Made by a program: the position numbers and the translations under genes. A DNA stretch of 25,883 nucleotides, taken from positions 1 through 25,883 of the IMG/VR virus record IMGVR_UViG_3300024520_000444; one strand, given 5' to 3'. Source of the DNA: a virus. Its lineage: Duplodnaviria > Caudoviricetes. The stretch's first letter is position 1. Every line of letters starts with the position of its first letter. Under the pieces are notes generated by a model. It worked only from the letters and a program-made list of their open reading frames with translations, had not been told where the DNA came from and ran no database searches. This document shows, in pieces, positions 1-9,502 of the stretch.

Positions 1-76
1 TTGGTGGTGACCACGACTTCTTTCGTTGTGTGGTTTTTCGATTATACTCCTCTCTTGGAGTGCGCTCTTCAGACAT
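1..76 (-). CDS. Partial phage protein (N-terminus only), downstream of the scaffold-like gene
   Basis: ATG at 76 (minus) with a GAGG SD upstream; reads MSEERTPREEYNRKTTQRKKSWSPP and runs off the window. Confidence 0.65.
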   Translation of the reverse strand, partial: MSEERTPREEYNRKTTQRKKSWSPP

Positions 77-87
77 ATAAATATCCT

Positions 88-1080
88 CTAGTTATTTGCA
101 GACATATCCTTAACCAATTGGTTAGCATATTGTTCTGGCGTTACCCCAAGACGCTTTGCGAGGGCGACTTGAGTTGCTGTAAGCTGTACTTTGCGTGGTT
201 TTGCACCATTATTGCGTGTAGCAGGTGCAATCACGGAACTTTGGGAATTAGAGCTTACAGCTTCTTTTTCTTGACTCCCAAAGAAATCTGGAAATACTGA
301 CTTCATTCTTGAATCTATTCTTTCATAGTATTCATCAGAAGCAGGATTAATGTTTTCTTCTCTTACTAATTTTTCATGCACACCATATGCAAAGCTAGTC
401 ATTTCAGGATCATTACCAAACCATTGGTTTTTTGCTTGCCATGAAATTGCTTTATCATCAGGTCTTGGTGGCACTTGTTGTTGAGGAACAAACTGTTCTT
501 GTTGTTGTGGGACAAATTCTTCCTCTGGAATCCTTGCATTAAATTGTTCAGCACTAGCCGCATCCATAGTTGCTCTAGTTAAAGCCTCTTGAGCAGACAT
601 AATTTGTTCAGCATTTCCATCTTCGTATGCTTTTTTATATCTTTCTTGTGCAGCTTGTTTAGCAAACTCTGCTCTTTCTTCGGCTTGTTTCCCAAGATAT
701 TGCTGACCATCATTAACCAATCGGCTTAAACGATCATTTTCAGACTTTATTTGCTGTGCATATTTAATTGCTTCATCACGAAGTTTTGCAGCTTGTTCTT
801 TCTGCCTTCTTTCTTCGTGGTGTTTTGCTGTTAGTTGATCAATTCTTTTTTGAACGCCTTTATCAACATTCAATATTTCTTCATCAACTGGCTTGTCTTT
901 AACATCTTCAGCAAAAACCTTTTCTTTCTTTTCGGGTTTTGTTTCAACATCATCGACAATTTCAATATCAATTTCATTTTCAGAGTCAACAACCTCATCT
1001 GGCTTAGAGCCAATCCTAGATTTAATACCTAAAAATTTCTGTTCTGTACTCATTGTAGAGTTTTCGTTAGTATCGCTCAT
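88..1080 (-). CDS. Putative capsid scaffolding protein
   Basis: 330 aa, acidic and coiled-coil-like, C-terminal LTATQVALAKRLGVTPEQYA; position after portal/GroES in the head module. Confidence 0.6.
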   Translation of the reverse strand: MSDTNENSTMSTEQKFLGIKSRIGSKPDEVVDSENEIDIEIVDDVETKPEKKEKVFAEDVKDKPVDEEILNVDKGVQKRIDQLTAKHHEERRQKEQAAKLRDEAIKYAQQIKSENDRLSRLVNDGQQYLGKQAEERAEFAKQAAQERYKKAYEDGNAEQIMSAQEALTRATMDAASAEQFNARIPEEEFVPQQQEQFVPQQQVPPRPDDKAISWQAKNQWFGNDPEMTSFAYGVHEKLVREENINPASDEYYERIDSRMKSVFPDFFGSQEKEAVSSNSQSSVIAPATRNNGAKPRKVQLTATQVALAKRLGVTPEQYANQLVKDMSANN

Positions 1081-1448
1081 ACTTTTTCTATCCCTCTGGG
1101 ATCATCAACCACTGCTTCGACACTATCATCATTAATGATGCGAAATTCTTTCCCATGAATCTTAATTCGAGTGCCACTAAATGCACGAAACACAACAAAA
1201 TCTCCTTTGGAACACCAAGCTCCAGTAGGAAAACGTGATTCGTCTTTGTAACAATCAGGTCCCATTTTTAAAACAAAACCTGTAATAGTGGCTACTTCTT
1301 CATTGCGAATGGTTTCATCCGCTTTCAAAATACCGCCTTCGGTTTTATCTTCTTTTTCAGGGATTGCAATTAGGATTCTATATCCTGTGGGTTCTGGCAA
1401 CTGTGTTGCCTCTTTCTTTTCTTTCTCTATATCGAGAGCAGTATTCAT
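1077..1448 (-). CDS. groES: Co-chaperonin GroES (Cpn10)
   Basis: PEPTGYRILI..KTEGGIL..GFVLKMGPD..GDFVVF..GTRIKIHGKEFRIINDDSVEAVV fits Cpn10; ATG at 1448 follows an AGAGG SD. Confidence 0.9.
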   Translation of the reverse strand: MNTALDIEKEKKEATQLPEPTGYRILIAIPEKEDKTEGGILKADETIRNEEVATITGFVLKMGPDCYKDESRFPTGAWCSKGDFVVFRAFSGTRIKIHGKEFRIINDDSVEAVVDDPRGIEKV

Positions 1449-1509
1449 GACCACCTCTTTGCACGAAATTATTAAAGGTTTTCGAGTTACCTTGCGGCAC
1501 TATGCCGAT

Positions 1510-1701
1510 TTAGAGTCGTTCTAATTCTTGGATTATATCTAAGAGTTCACGCTCTGCAAGGGCTAAGCCCTCGATCACACCAGATTGATGTTTATATTCA
1601 TCAAAACTAGTACAACTTCCTGTAGCAATATTATCTGCCCTATCATTCATTAAGTCTCGTATTCTTGACTTAAATTTTTCAATCAGCATATCACTGCTCA
1701 T
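1510..1701 (-). CDS. Small hypothetical phage protein between portal and GroES
   Basis: 63-aa helical ORF overlapping the portal stop, same strand as the module. Confidence 0.75.
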   Translation of the reverse strand: MSSDMLIEKFKSRIRDLMNDRADNIATGSCTSFDEYKHQSGVIEGLALAERELLDIIQELERL

Positions 1702-4171
1702 TAGTATTGCCTGATGTTATAGTAGATGCAAGCCTTGATGCAATCTCTGCAGCTTTGGTTGCTTCTTCGCTTTCAATCTTTTCGCCCTCTACTTGAGCAT
1801 CAATTACGTCACTAACCAGTTTTTGTTTTACACTGGCATCAGCAATTTTTTCTTGCGACCTAATTCTCTCAAGCTCAATAGCATCACGACTTTGAGATTT
1901 TTGCATATCAACTTGTGCGTCAACCATATCGGCTTGAGCCTTGCGTTGAACTTCAGCTTGTTTAATATCAAGCTCACGCATTTTTGCTTGAACCAATGGG
2001 TCTTGCATTTGTTCTTGAATTTGTTGTTGTTGCGCTTCTCTTTGATTTTTCTGCAATAATCTTTCCGCAGCTTCTGCAACCATAGATGACAATCGTTTCT
2101 CAATATCTTCTGGTAATGGCTCACCCAATGGCGGAAGCTCAATGCCCAATTCTTTTTCAATCTCATTACGATATTGAAATGCCAAATGTTCTCTTACATG
2201 AGACTCTAAAGATGCTTGTAGTAACTGCATACCCTGTGGGTTGTTTGCGCCCATTTGTGCCAACTCTGGGTCTTGTATAGCACTCATATGAACTCTAATG
2301 TGTGCTTCTTGATCCTGATATTCAAATGCTTTAACTGGCTCTCCATTAATCATATTCATATTTTCACTGACTGGATCAGCAGCTTTTACATCATCGCCTA
2401 GCGGAACAATCTTGTCTGCATCTCTAATGCCTAATGTATCTAGCATCTGCCTGTGTAATTCAGGCAAATTATAAATCTGTGGCGATTGTTGAGCCAACTG
2501 AAGTGCTGCTTGATACTGCATTATCCTTTGAGACATTGTTGCTGAATTTGGATCAGAAACAGGTTGCACATCAATTCTGTCATCAAAATCTTCCATTTTA
2601 ATGTCAGACTCTGCATCAACTTCATAAGGATAAGATGGAGAGGTAAAGTCTTTAATTACATTAACCAAGATATTAAACTCTTGTTTCATTGAAGCGTGAA
2701 GCCTAGATTGTATAGCAGTCATAACCTTCATACTTCTTTCAAGAATCGCCAGTGTTGTTCCAACTGGAGCTTCTGAGTTCATGTCACTAACATTCAAATC
2801 TGATGCACTGGTAAACCTTCTTCCTTCTTCGACAATGTTTCCTAGCAACTGATAAAGAGTTGCTGAAGGTTCTTTGTAAGGAAGAAATGTAATGTTGTCC
2901 CTAATTGCACCACCGGGAATATCTACATCTCTAAACTCACCCGGCATAATTGGAGTATCATCCCCTTTAATTCTAAGCCCTCTGGACTTTAGACCACCCG
3001 GCAAGTTCGATAGTGTTCCTGCATCTACTAGCTGTCTTAATAAAGAAGTAGCAGATTTTGCCAATCCACCAATTAAATGCACTAAACCAAATCCATAAAA
3101 CCCAAGACCCGGTAAATATTGATAATGTGCAAAGTGTTGGCGCATCATGCGATTATTATCTTCCTCATACCAATTTCTACGAATTGATAAGATGCTATTG
3201 CTTGAAACATCAATGGTAACTACATAAGGCAATGCAATGCCTGTCTCGTTTCCTTCCTCATCAGTATCTTCAAAGCCTTGTAAATCTAAGTTCACCATCA
3301 TTTCTAACAGCGTATAACGATTATCGAAGTCATAAGTTGAGCTATCGCCTGTTAATTCATCGTATTTTTTACGAATATCATCTGGATCGGGCGATGGATC
3401 AGGCAAGTCAATGTCTCTATAAAAACCTGATACCTGTAATTTACGCACATCATTCGCATTCTTTTTCATAATGTGTGTAGATCGTTCTGCCATTTGAAGA
3501 TCGGTTGCGCCATAAGACACAATAAAATCTTCAGCAGGAACAAAAATCGCACATGGTCTATCCATGTTTGGATCGTAATAAACTTTTCTAAATGCTGAAC
3601 CCGCTAATGGCAAAGAAAACAAAAGTTTTTCAGTCTCAGTTCGGTATTCAGTCATTCTATCAGTCAATAAGTAGTTCATATATTCCTGAACTCTTTTTGA
3701 TTGTTGTTCTTTTTCAGGAGTAACCTTGCCAAATATCTTAGTATTTACTGGTCCTGAAGCTGGAAATATCTCACCGACTGCCTGACTTTGAAATCGAACT
3801 ACAGCCTCTGTAAGCATTGGATGAAACACGCCGCACGCTCCGGGCCAAGGTAAAGTTCGATCTTCAATCTTCAATCCCAACTGATCTAAACCTTTTATAT
3901 AGGTTTCTTCCCAATCATTCCTAGAATCTCTATCGCCTTGATATTGACCAACAAGCTCTGTTGCTAACATTTGGAGATCATCTTCAGATATCTCTTCTGC
4001 TAGGTTTGCAAAAAAATCACCGCTTGGATCAAAAGCATTGGGATCAAAATCAATAATCATTCCACCATCTTCAGTCATCATTGCACCATTAGGCTCAATA
4101 ATATCTATCTCAACGCTTGCTTCTAACTCACCTTCTATCGGTGTTGCTGGTGTTGTTCTTTCAATTGCCAT
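1691..4171 (-). CDS. Portal protein
   Basis: 826 aa downstream of TerL; PWPGACGVFHP, FYGFGLVHLIGG and PVGTTLA motifs, Q-rich coiled-coil C-terminus as in podovirus-type portals. Confidence 0.85.
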   Translation of the reverse strand: MAIERTTPATPIEGELEASVEIDIIEPNGAMMTEDGGMIIDFDPNAFDPSGDFFANLAEEISEDDLQMLATELVGQYQGDRDSRNDWEETYIKGLDQLGLKIEDRTLPWPGACGVFHPMLTEAVVRFQSQAVGEIFPASGPVNTKIFGKVTPEKEQQSKRVQEYMNYLLTDRMTEYRTETEKLLFSLPLAGSAFRKVYYDPNMDRPCAIFVPAEDFIVSYGATDLQMAERSTHIMKKNANDVRKLQVSGFYRDIDLPDPSPDPDDIRKKYDELTGDSSTYDFDNRYTLLEMMVNLDLQGFEDTDEEGNETGIALPYVVTIDVSSNSILSIRRNWYEEDNNRMMRQHFAHYQYLPGLGFYGFGLVHLIGGLAKSATSLLRQLVDAGTLSNLPGGLKSRGLRIKGDDTPIMPGEFRDVDIPGGAIRDNITFLPYKEPSATLYQLLGNIVEEGRRFTSASDLNVSDMNSEAPVGTTLAILERSMKVMTAIQSRLHASMKQEFNILVNVIKDFTSPSYPYEVDAESDIKMEDFDDRIDVQPVSDPNSATMSQRIMQYQAALQLAQQSPQIYNLPELHRQMLDTLGIRDADKIVPLGDDVKAADPVSENMNMINGEPVKAFEYQDQEAHIRVHMSAIQDPELAQMGANNPQGMQLLQASLESHVREHLAFQYRNEIEKELGIELPPLGEPLPEDIEKRLSSMVAEAAERLLQKNQREAQQQQIQEQMQDPLVQAKMRELDIKQAEVQRKAQADMVDAQVDMQKSQSRDAIELERIRSQEKIADASVKQKLVSDVIDAQVEGEKIESEEATKAAEIASRLASTITSGNTNEQ

Positions 4172-4184
4172 AGTAATCCATTAA

Positions 4185-6425
4185 TTATATTTTTGCTAAA
4201 CGAGAAGGAAAATTACCAATTACTCCGCCCGCAGAAAAAGTTGAAATCCCCTCTTTTAAAACTTTTTCTCTCATTTCTGGGGTAATTTTTATGATGTTAG
4301 ACTTGATCAGATTTCTTCTCCTATCTAAGCCTGTCTCTGGTGCAGCTAAAAATTTTTCTGTTCCTAAACCAAATGTATTATCAATATCTAAACTTCCTTT
4401 TTCAAACTCGCCACCATATTTCTTAGCCAGTTTCTGCATCGCAGAAGGTATCTTCTTATCATACAGCATTTCATAAAACTTGTGGTATCGATCACTGTAT
4501 CTGTCTTTCATAGCGGCAGAAGTAGAAATAGAAATTGCATCTTTGCCTTCATCAATTGCATCAACCAATAAACTTTTTATCCCCATATTGTACCAATCGT
4601 CTTTGAATGGGTAGTTAGGAACTGCTCTGTCTGGGTTTATTGTGCTTAGTTCTTTAGAAATTTTTCTTGCTTTATCAACGCCAACATCTCTAATAAAATC
4701 AAAGGCTTCTTTATGCTCAAGATAGTATTGTCTATGTGTTATAAGTCCTGCTCTATCCTTTTCTAATAAAAATTTTGTAGTTTTATCTTTTGAGAGAATT
4801 TTTCCAAATTCCATCAAACCTTTTACCCGATCATAATCATTATCAATATCTTTTAACAAGTCCTTAATCATAGCAGTATTTGCAAAATCATGATCTTTAA
4901 CAAAAGAAACCTCAACATCAGGATTTGGTTTTTTTATACCGGTCATTGTGCCCGTCTGTTCATAAGAGTAAGGCGTGTCCTTTAAGATATCATTGATTTT
5001 ATTAAGGGTTTTTGTTTTTTGTTTTGATGAAGGAATATATCCATACCTTGATCCTTCTTTATGTAAATCAGACTGAAGCTCATCAATGTGCAAACTGCTA
5101 GAACCATTTTCTAAAGTTCGATCCCTTACTAATGCGTGTGCAATTTGATTTTCATCATCAAAATGACTCGAATAATTTATGCCCCCTACATTTTCTGGAG
5201 CATTTTCCCAATTAAATACAACTTCCCTATAGTTTTCACCGCCGGGTAAATTGTTATCTATGTATGACTTATATTGAATATCACTGTAAATATATTCTTG
5301 ACCTTCTATTCCGCCAAAATCATATCCTTCTCTGGACATTGCATCTCGCAATTGAATCCTAGCTTCTGTGTTACTGTAAGGAACATCTCCAGTATCTATT
5401 CTTTTTCCATCAACGAAAATGCTGTAGCCAGTATCTTCATTTCCAAAAGCAAAGGTACTCGAATCTTCAGCAAATTCAATCATTTCGTATGGATTTTCTC
5501 GATACTCTTGTTTAGCCAATGAATCAGCAATCTCTTCATGCATTGTTTCTGGCACTTCATCCCAAGATTTTTTGTTTACATCCCATGCTTCATTGTAATG
5601 ATCTAGTAATTCTTTTTGTATTTCTGAATCGTTTTTTTCAATATCATATAAATAATCATAGGTTTTATACTGCCAAAAATTTGAGCCATCCAAAGGATCG
5701 GTATCGGGAGTGCTTTCTAAAAATTCTAATACTGGACTGTCATCACCTGATATAACATTTTTTCTAATCTTTATTTGATTATCACTAACCCCACGCACAA
5801 CTTCATCAATGCTTGCGTTTGGATTTGCTTCAATAAATTCATCAATACCTAAATATTCAAGCTCTTTTGGTTTCACTCCTTTGTTTGCAGAAGCATTAAC
5901 CCACTCTGTAATCTGTTTTCCTTTTAAGTCTTTAGGTGCTCTATTTATCAAAGTCTCAATAGTGGGCGAAACAAAGTTCTCATCTCTTGCATACTTATTA
6001 ACCAAGTCTGCTTGTTCAGACAAAGATGCAATTCCTTTTGATTTACTTGCTTTACCAGCAGCTCCAACGCCTTTTAATGTTGTTCCTACTATGACCCCTG
6101 CTGGTCCTGTAAATGGAGCAGAAGCATAAGCAGCATCCCCCAGAACGCCCATCGTTTGATACAAGGCATCCATGTATCTTTTGTTTTCTATGTTCTCCGA
6201 AAAACTTGGCAGTCTTTCAGTCGGAATCATATTCTCTTCAGTCGGTATCTGTGGATATAAACCAAAGTAATCAGTCAATCCAGAACTCGGAGCCATCAAT
6301 CCGCCCAACCAAGCAGCTTGAGCACCTAATTTTGGGAGCTTCTCTTTTATCTGTTGCTCTCTTGCTTGACGATCTAAATCTCTTTGCAGAAATCTTTGCT
6401 GTCTTTGTTCTGTTGTTTCTGCCAT
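4185..6425 (-). CDS. Large uncharacterised protein, possibly virion-associated
   Basis: 746-aa ORF coupled to the TerL stop; motif series YREVV..HF..AH..DR..LHIDELQSDLH..GY..PFK..W..YDKKIP; product is inference. Confidence 0.6.
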   Translation of the reverse strand: MAETTEQRQQRFLQRDLDRQAREQQIKEKLPKLGAQAAWLGGLMAPSSGLTDYFGLYPQIPTEENMIPTERLPSFSENIENKRYMDALYQTMGVLGDAAYASAPFTGPAGVIVGTTLKGVGAAGKASKSKGIASLSEQADLVNKYARDENFVSPTIETLINRAPKDLKGKQITEWVNASANKGVKPKELEYLGIDEFIEANPNASIDEVVRGVSDNQIKIRKNVISGDDSPVLEFLESTPDTDPLDGSNFWQYKTYDYLYDIEKNDSEIQKELLDHYNEAWDVNKKSWDEVPETMHEEIADSLAKQEYRENPYEMIEFAEDSSTFAFGNEDTGYSIFVDGKRIDTGDVPYSNTEARIQLRDAMSREGYDFGGIEGQEYIYSDIQYKSYIDNNLPGGENYREVVFNWENAPENVGGINYSSHFDDENQIAHALVRDRTLENGSSSLHIDELQSDLHKEGSRYGYIPSSKQKTKTLNKINDILKDTPYSYEQTGTMTGIKKPNPDVEVSFVKDHDFANTAMIKDLLKDIDNDYDRVKGLMEFGKILSKDKTTKFLLEKDRAGLITHRQYYLEHKEAFDFIRDVGVDKARKISKELSTINPDRAVPNYPFKDDWYNMGIKSLLVDAIDEGKDAISISTSAAMKDRYSDRYHKFYEMLYDKKIPSAMQKLAKKYGGEFEKGSLDIDNTFGLGTEKFLAAPETGLDRRRNLIKSNIIKITPEMREKVLKEGISTFSAGGVIGNFPSRLAKI

Positions 6426-7921
6426 TAGTAATACTCTGCTTTACCTGCGTAAAAAGGTTCATCTTCTTCATCGGAGTAAAGACTGACAAATCCACCTTGT
6501 CTAAATCTTAATAAAGCCTGAGTGCTTGAATCCACTAAATCGTCATGCTCTGCATTCGGAAAAGCCGCAAACTCTTCAATGACCTCATCTGCCCATCGGG
6601 TTTCCGGTGCCCAGACTATTCCAGTTGCAAACAAATCTGCAACCGCATTCACTCTTGCTATTTTATCGTTCCCTCTCGATGGGCTAAATTCTGATACAGG
6701 AATCCCCATTGATCTCAATTCAAAGATTAAGGGTGTTCCTGCGGCTTTCGACTCGACAATGAACGCATCGGGTTCATACTTCTGCCATGTCTTATAAGCC
6801 ACTTTTTTCAGTTCTGGAAACTCCAATCGTTCTTTAAACGCATCGAGCAAAATCAAATTGGGAGCCATTCTCCCATCTTCATCGCCTGTGTAAAACACTC
6901 CCCATGTCGTGCAAGCCGAATAGTCGGCACGCTGTGTTTTAAGAAATGCGGTGTCCCAAGACTGAATTAAAAACTCACAATGCGGTGGTCGATCTTCTTC
7001 CCATCGATTCCACCACTCTCTTTTAACCAATGCACCTTCTTCACTGGTTGGGTCTTGCTGATATTGTGCAGACCATTTTGAAACAGGAAGCTCTTCTTTA
7101 AGGGCTTCAAGTTCTTCTATCTTCCAAAAGCCGGGCCAAAGTGACTTGCCTGAAGGCAGGATTGCAGGAAACTCAATGACTCTCCATTCTTCTCCGCCAC
7201 GCTTCATACTGGTTTTCAATAGGTTTCCAGTCAAATCTCGTTTGTGCCATCGGGTCATTACCACCACAATCGCACCGCCCGGTTGTAAACGCTGACGAGG
7301 ACCTGAGGTGTACCATTCAAAAGTCTTATCAAATACTTTGGGATCGGCACTTGCACCTTCCTGCTCTGAGTGTGGATCATCAATGATTAATAAATCCGCA
7401 CCTTTACCAGTTACAGCACCGCCAACACCAATCGCAAAATACTCACCGCCTTTGTTGGTATTCCATCGACCCGCAGCTTTACTATCGGCTTGCAGGTTTA
7501 CAGTATCAAATATCTTTTGGTAATCCTTTGAGCCAACCAAGTTACGCACCTTTCTACCGAAACCCACTGAGAGTTCTGCGGTGTGTGCAGTCTGAATCAC
7601 CTTTCCTTCTGGCTTGTGTCCTAGAAACCACGCAGGCAACAAATAAGACGCAAACTCACTCTTGGTATGTCTAGGGGGCATATTGATAATCAAACGCTTT
7701 AAATCGCCATTGACAACACGACCAAACTCTTCAGCCATGATCTTGTGGTGATCCCCTTCTATAAATGCGGGCCAAACCGACTTCACAAAAGTAATAAAGT
7801 CACCCTGACAGTCTTCTCTAAACTTGGCTTTTTGTAATTCTTCGAGTTGTTTAAGCAACTCCAGCTTCTCATCGTAAGAAAGATTGCTGATATTCTGTAT
7901 TGTTTGTGAATTAATCTGCAT
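6425..7921 (-). CDS. terL: Terminase large subunit
   Basis: INMPPRHTKS (Walker A variant), LLIIDDPH (Walker B), VMTRW, nuclease QSWDTA..ADYSA, C-terminal HDDLVDS. Confidence 0.95.
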   Translation of the reverse strand: MQINSQTIQNISNLSYDEKLELLKQLEELQKAKFREDCQGDFITFVKSVWPAFIEGDHHKIMAEEFGRVVNGDLKRLIINMPPRHTKSEFASYLLPAWFLGHKPEGKVIQTAHTAELSVGFGRKVRNLVGSKDYQKIFDTVNLQADSKAAGRWNTNKGGEYFAIGVGGAVTGKGADLLIIDDPHSEQEGASADPKVFDKTFEWYTSGPRQRLQPGGAIVVVMTRWHKRDLTGNLLKTSMKRGGEEWRVIEFPAILPSGKSLWPGFWKIEELEALKEELPVSKWSAQYQQDPTSEEGALVKREWWNRWEEDRPPHCEFLIQSWDTAFLKTQRADYSACTTWGVFYTGDEDGRMAPNLILLDAFKERLEFPELKKVAYKTWQKYEPDAFIVESKAAGTPLIFELRSMGIPVSEFSPSRGNDKIARVNAVADLFATGIVWAPETRWADEVIEEFAAFPNAEHDDLVDSSTQALLRFRQGGFVSLYSDEEDEPFYAGKAEYY

Positions 7922-8219
7922 TAAAATCTAAAAGCTCCCGCATTTGTTCTAATAAGTCCATTTCCTTGCCATAGCGTTTTTCAAACTCAGCTTTGTAAGG
8001 GTGGCGGGAAACACATTCAGTGGTATTGTAGCCAGAGCGATGATGTCCCCAGCATAGTGGTATTGTCAAAAAATGCGCCCCCGCCTTCGTCTTGCCTTCG
8101 ATATGGTGCGGCTCACAAGGAGTGAATACACTCATTTCATTTCGGCAGACGATACATCCGTGTTGACAGATGAAATCCATCCACTGCTTTTCTTCACTAT
8201 TGGGGTTCCTTCCTTTCAC
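7911..8219 (-). CDS. Ref-like (RecA-dependent) HNH-type zinc nuclease
   Basis: GCIVC..HHI..HFLTIPLC.GHHR.G..SRH..FEKRYGKE.DLL pattern resembles phage P1 Ref / DUF968 proteins. Confidence 0.7.
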   Translation of the reverse strand: MKGRNPNSEEKQWMDFICQHGCIVCRNEMSVFTPCEPHHIEGKTKAGAHFLTIPLCWGHHRSGYNTTECVSRHPYKAEFEKRYGKEMDLLEQMRELLDFNAD

Positions 8220-8404
8220 CTGAACTCAAACCCAATGTAAAACAGCAGGGCAAACAATATTCTCCATACCACTTTCCAAATCACTAATACCACCTAGTAT
8301 ATTACCAGCTATATCTATACCAACCTCTTAACTATCTAGTATTTAACCAGTTGGTAACTTACTAGAGACGGTATATCCACTGGATTATAGTATTTAACAC
8401 CTCT

Positions 8405-8644
8405 TCACAGTTTCTTGTCAAGGGATTTCTGCGTGAGGTGGGCTGGTCGGAGGGTTCGATGCCCCTTTTTTAGTAAAATGCCCTTAGAAACAAGCTCATC
8501 CACTAAGGAATGCACCCATCCCACGCTTTTTACACCCAAATTCTCCGCAATTTCCTTGTATGTAGGCGCACAGTAGCGTTCAAGCCAGTAATTTTCCACA
8601 AACTCCAGTAAATCCGCCTGTTTTTTTGTTAAATTTTTTTCCAC
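8405..8644 (-). CDS. LexA-type winged-helix DNA-binding domain protein without peptidase domain
   Basis: LTKKQADLLEFV..APTYKEIAENLGVKS..VH..L.SKG resembles the LexA N-domain; GTG at 8644 with an AAGGA SD gives 79 aa. Confidence 0.75.
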   Translation of the reverse strand: MEKNLTKKQADLLEFVENYWLERYCAPTYKEIAENLGVKSVGWVHSLVDELVSKGILLKKGHRTLRPAHLTQKSLDKKL

Positions 8645-8873
8645 ACTAGGATTCCTTGAGCTAATTCCTGATAAATAAAGGTAAATGATACCAGAATGGT
8701 AGATCAAAGAAAAGAAGAAGGGGGGGGTCATAAAAATTGGGAATCTCTTGTGCAAAACTCTATTTACAATGAACTAGGAGTCCCAAGTGCGTGTAGGGGG
8801 GGTGTGGGGGTCGTATCTTCTTGATTTATGCGTGTACGCAAGGGGGGGGGTCTTTCTACTGGTGCGGATCGTT

Positions 8874-9335
8874 CTACTCAGAGATGACGAGTTTCAGCTT
8901 CTCTTTGATCTCAGCTTCGAGCTCTGAAGTGGTCTTGTTGTTATTGACTGTGACATTAACCTTAGACTCAGGATTAAATATATCGATCTCTCTGTGCTTG
9001 CCTAAGAGTTCGAGTGCCTTGAGTCTGCTACTTGGGTTATCGCCTTTGGTTTCTTCTACCAGTCGCTCCACAATGTAGCGAGAGAGAGAGTGGACAGAGG
9101 TCTGTAAATTCTGTTCTTTTCTAGCGGTTAGTGTCTGCACCCTTGAGGATACCTTGGGGTTGTTTAGCAGTTCATGTGCTGATCTGTGAACTGTGCTGTC
9201 TTTTGTACCTTGCTTGACGTTATATATCTTCCTGTATGCATCTGATGCTGAGTTGCCTTTAATGTATTCTTGGCAGAATAGTTCTTGCTTACTGGTTAGA
9301 GTAGGGATTGATTTCAGTTTAGGTCGATCAGTCAT
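8874..9335 (-). CDS. terS: Terminase small subunit
   Basis: LTSKQELFCQEYIKGNSASDAYRKIY..AHELLNNPKV..RLKALELLGK is typical of HTH-type TerS; upstream of TerL. Confidence 0.85.
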   Translation of the reverse strand: MTDRPKLKSIPTLTSKQELFCQEYIKGNSASDAYRKIYNVKQGTKDSTVHRSAHELLNNPKVSSRVQTLTARKEQNLQTSVHSLSRYIVERLVEETKGDNPSSRLKALELLGKHREIDIFNPESKVNVTVNNNKTTSELEAEIKEKLKLVISE

Positions 9336-9401
9336 AGACTGATTATATGATGCTCATCACCCCCCGATCAAGATTACAAAATGCTACCTCTATGCAGTCC
9401 T

Positions 9402-9421
9402 AATATTGACCAGTCATTATT
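9402..9421. repeat. 20-bp palindrome copy 1 (AATATTGACCAGTCATTATT)
   Basis: 19/20 match to consensus AATATTGACCAGTCAATATT; between the terS start and the early promoter. Confidence 0.9.
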
Positions 9422-9468
9422 TACTTTCCGATCTATGGATAAGTGATATCAATTAGATATATTAATGC

Positions 9469-9496
9469 TTGTATGAATATACCCATTTGATATACT
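9469..9496 (+). promoter_or_regulatory. Sigma70-like early promoter
   Basis: TTGTAT-16 bp-TATACT with an extended -10 TG (TGaTATACT) at the head of the plus-strand unit. Confidence 0.6.
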
Positions 9497-9502
9497 TCTT
9501 AT

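Noticed and set aside
3941-3950. ATATTGACCA half-site in the portal gene
   Set aside because: Right arm GTCAATATT is absent
1-7523. Plus-strand ORFs opposite the structural genes and other nested short ORFs in the track
   Set aside because: Shadow frames of well-supported genes, without recognisable motifs
8645-8755. N-terminal extension of the LexA-like ORF
   Set aside because: Crosses a homopolymer tract; GTG 8644 has a SD and begins the domain
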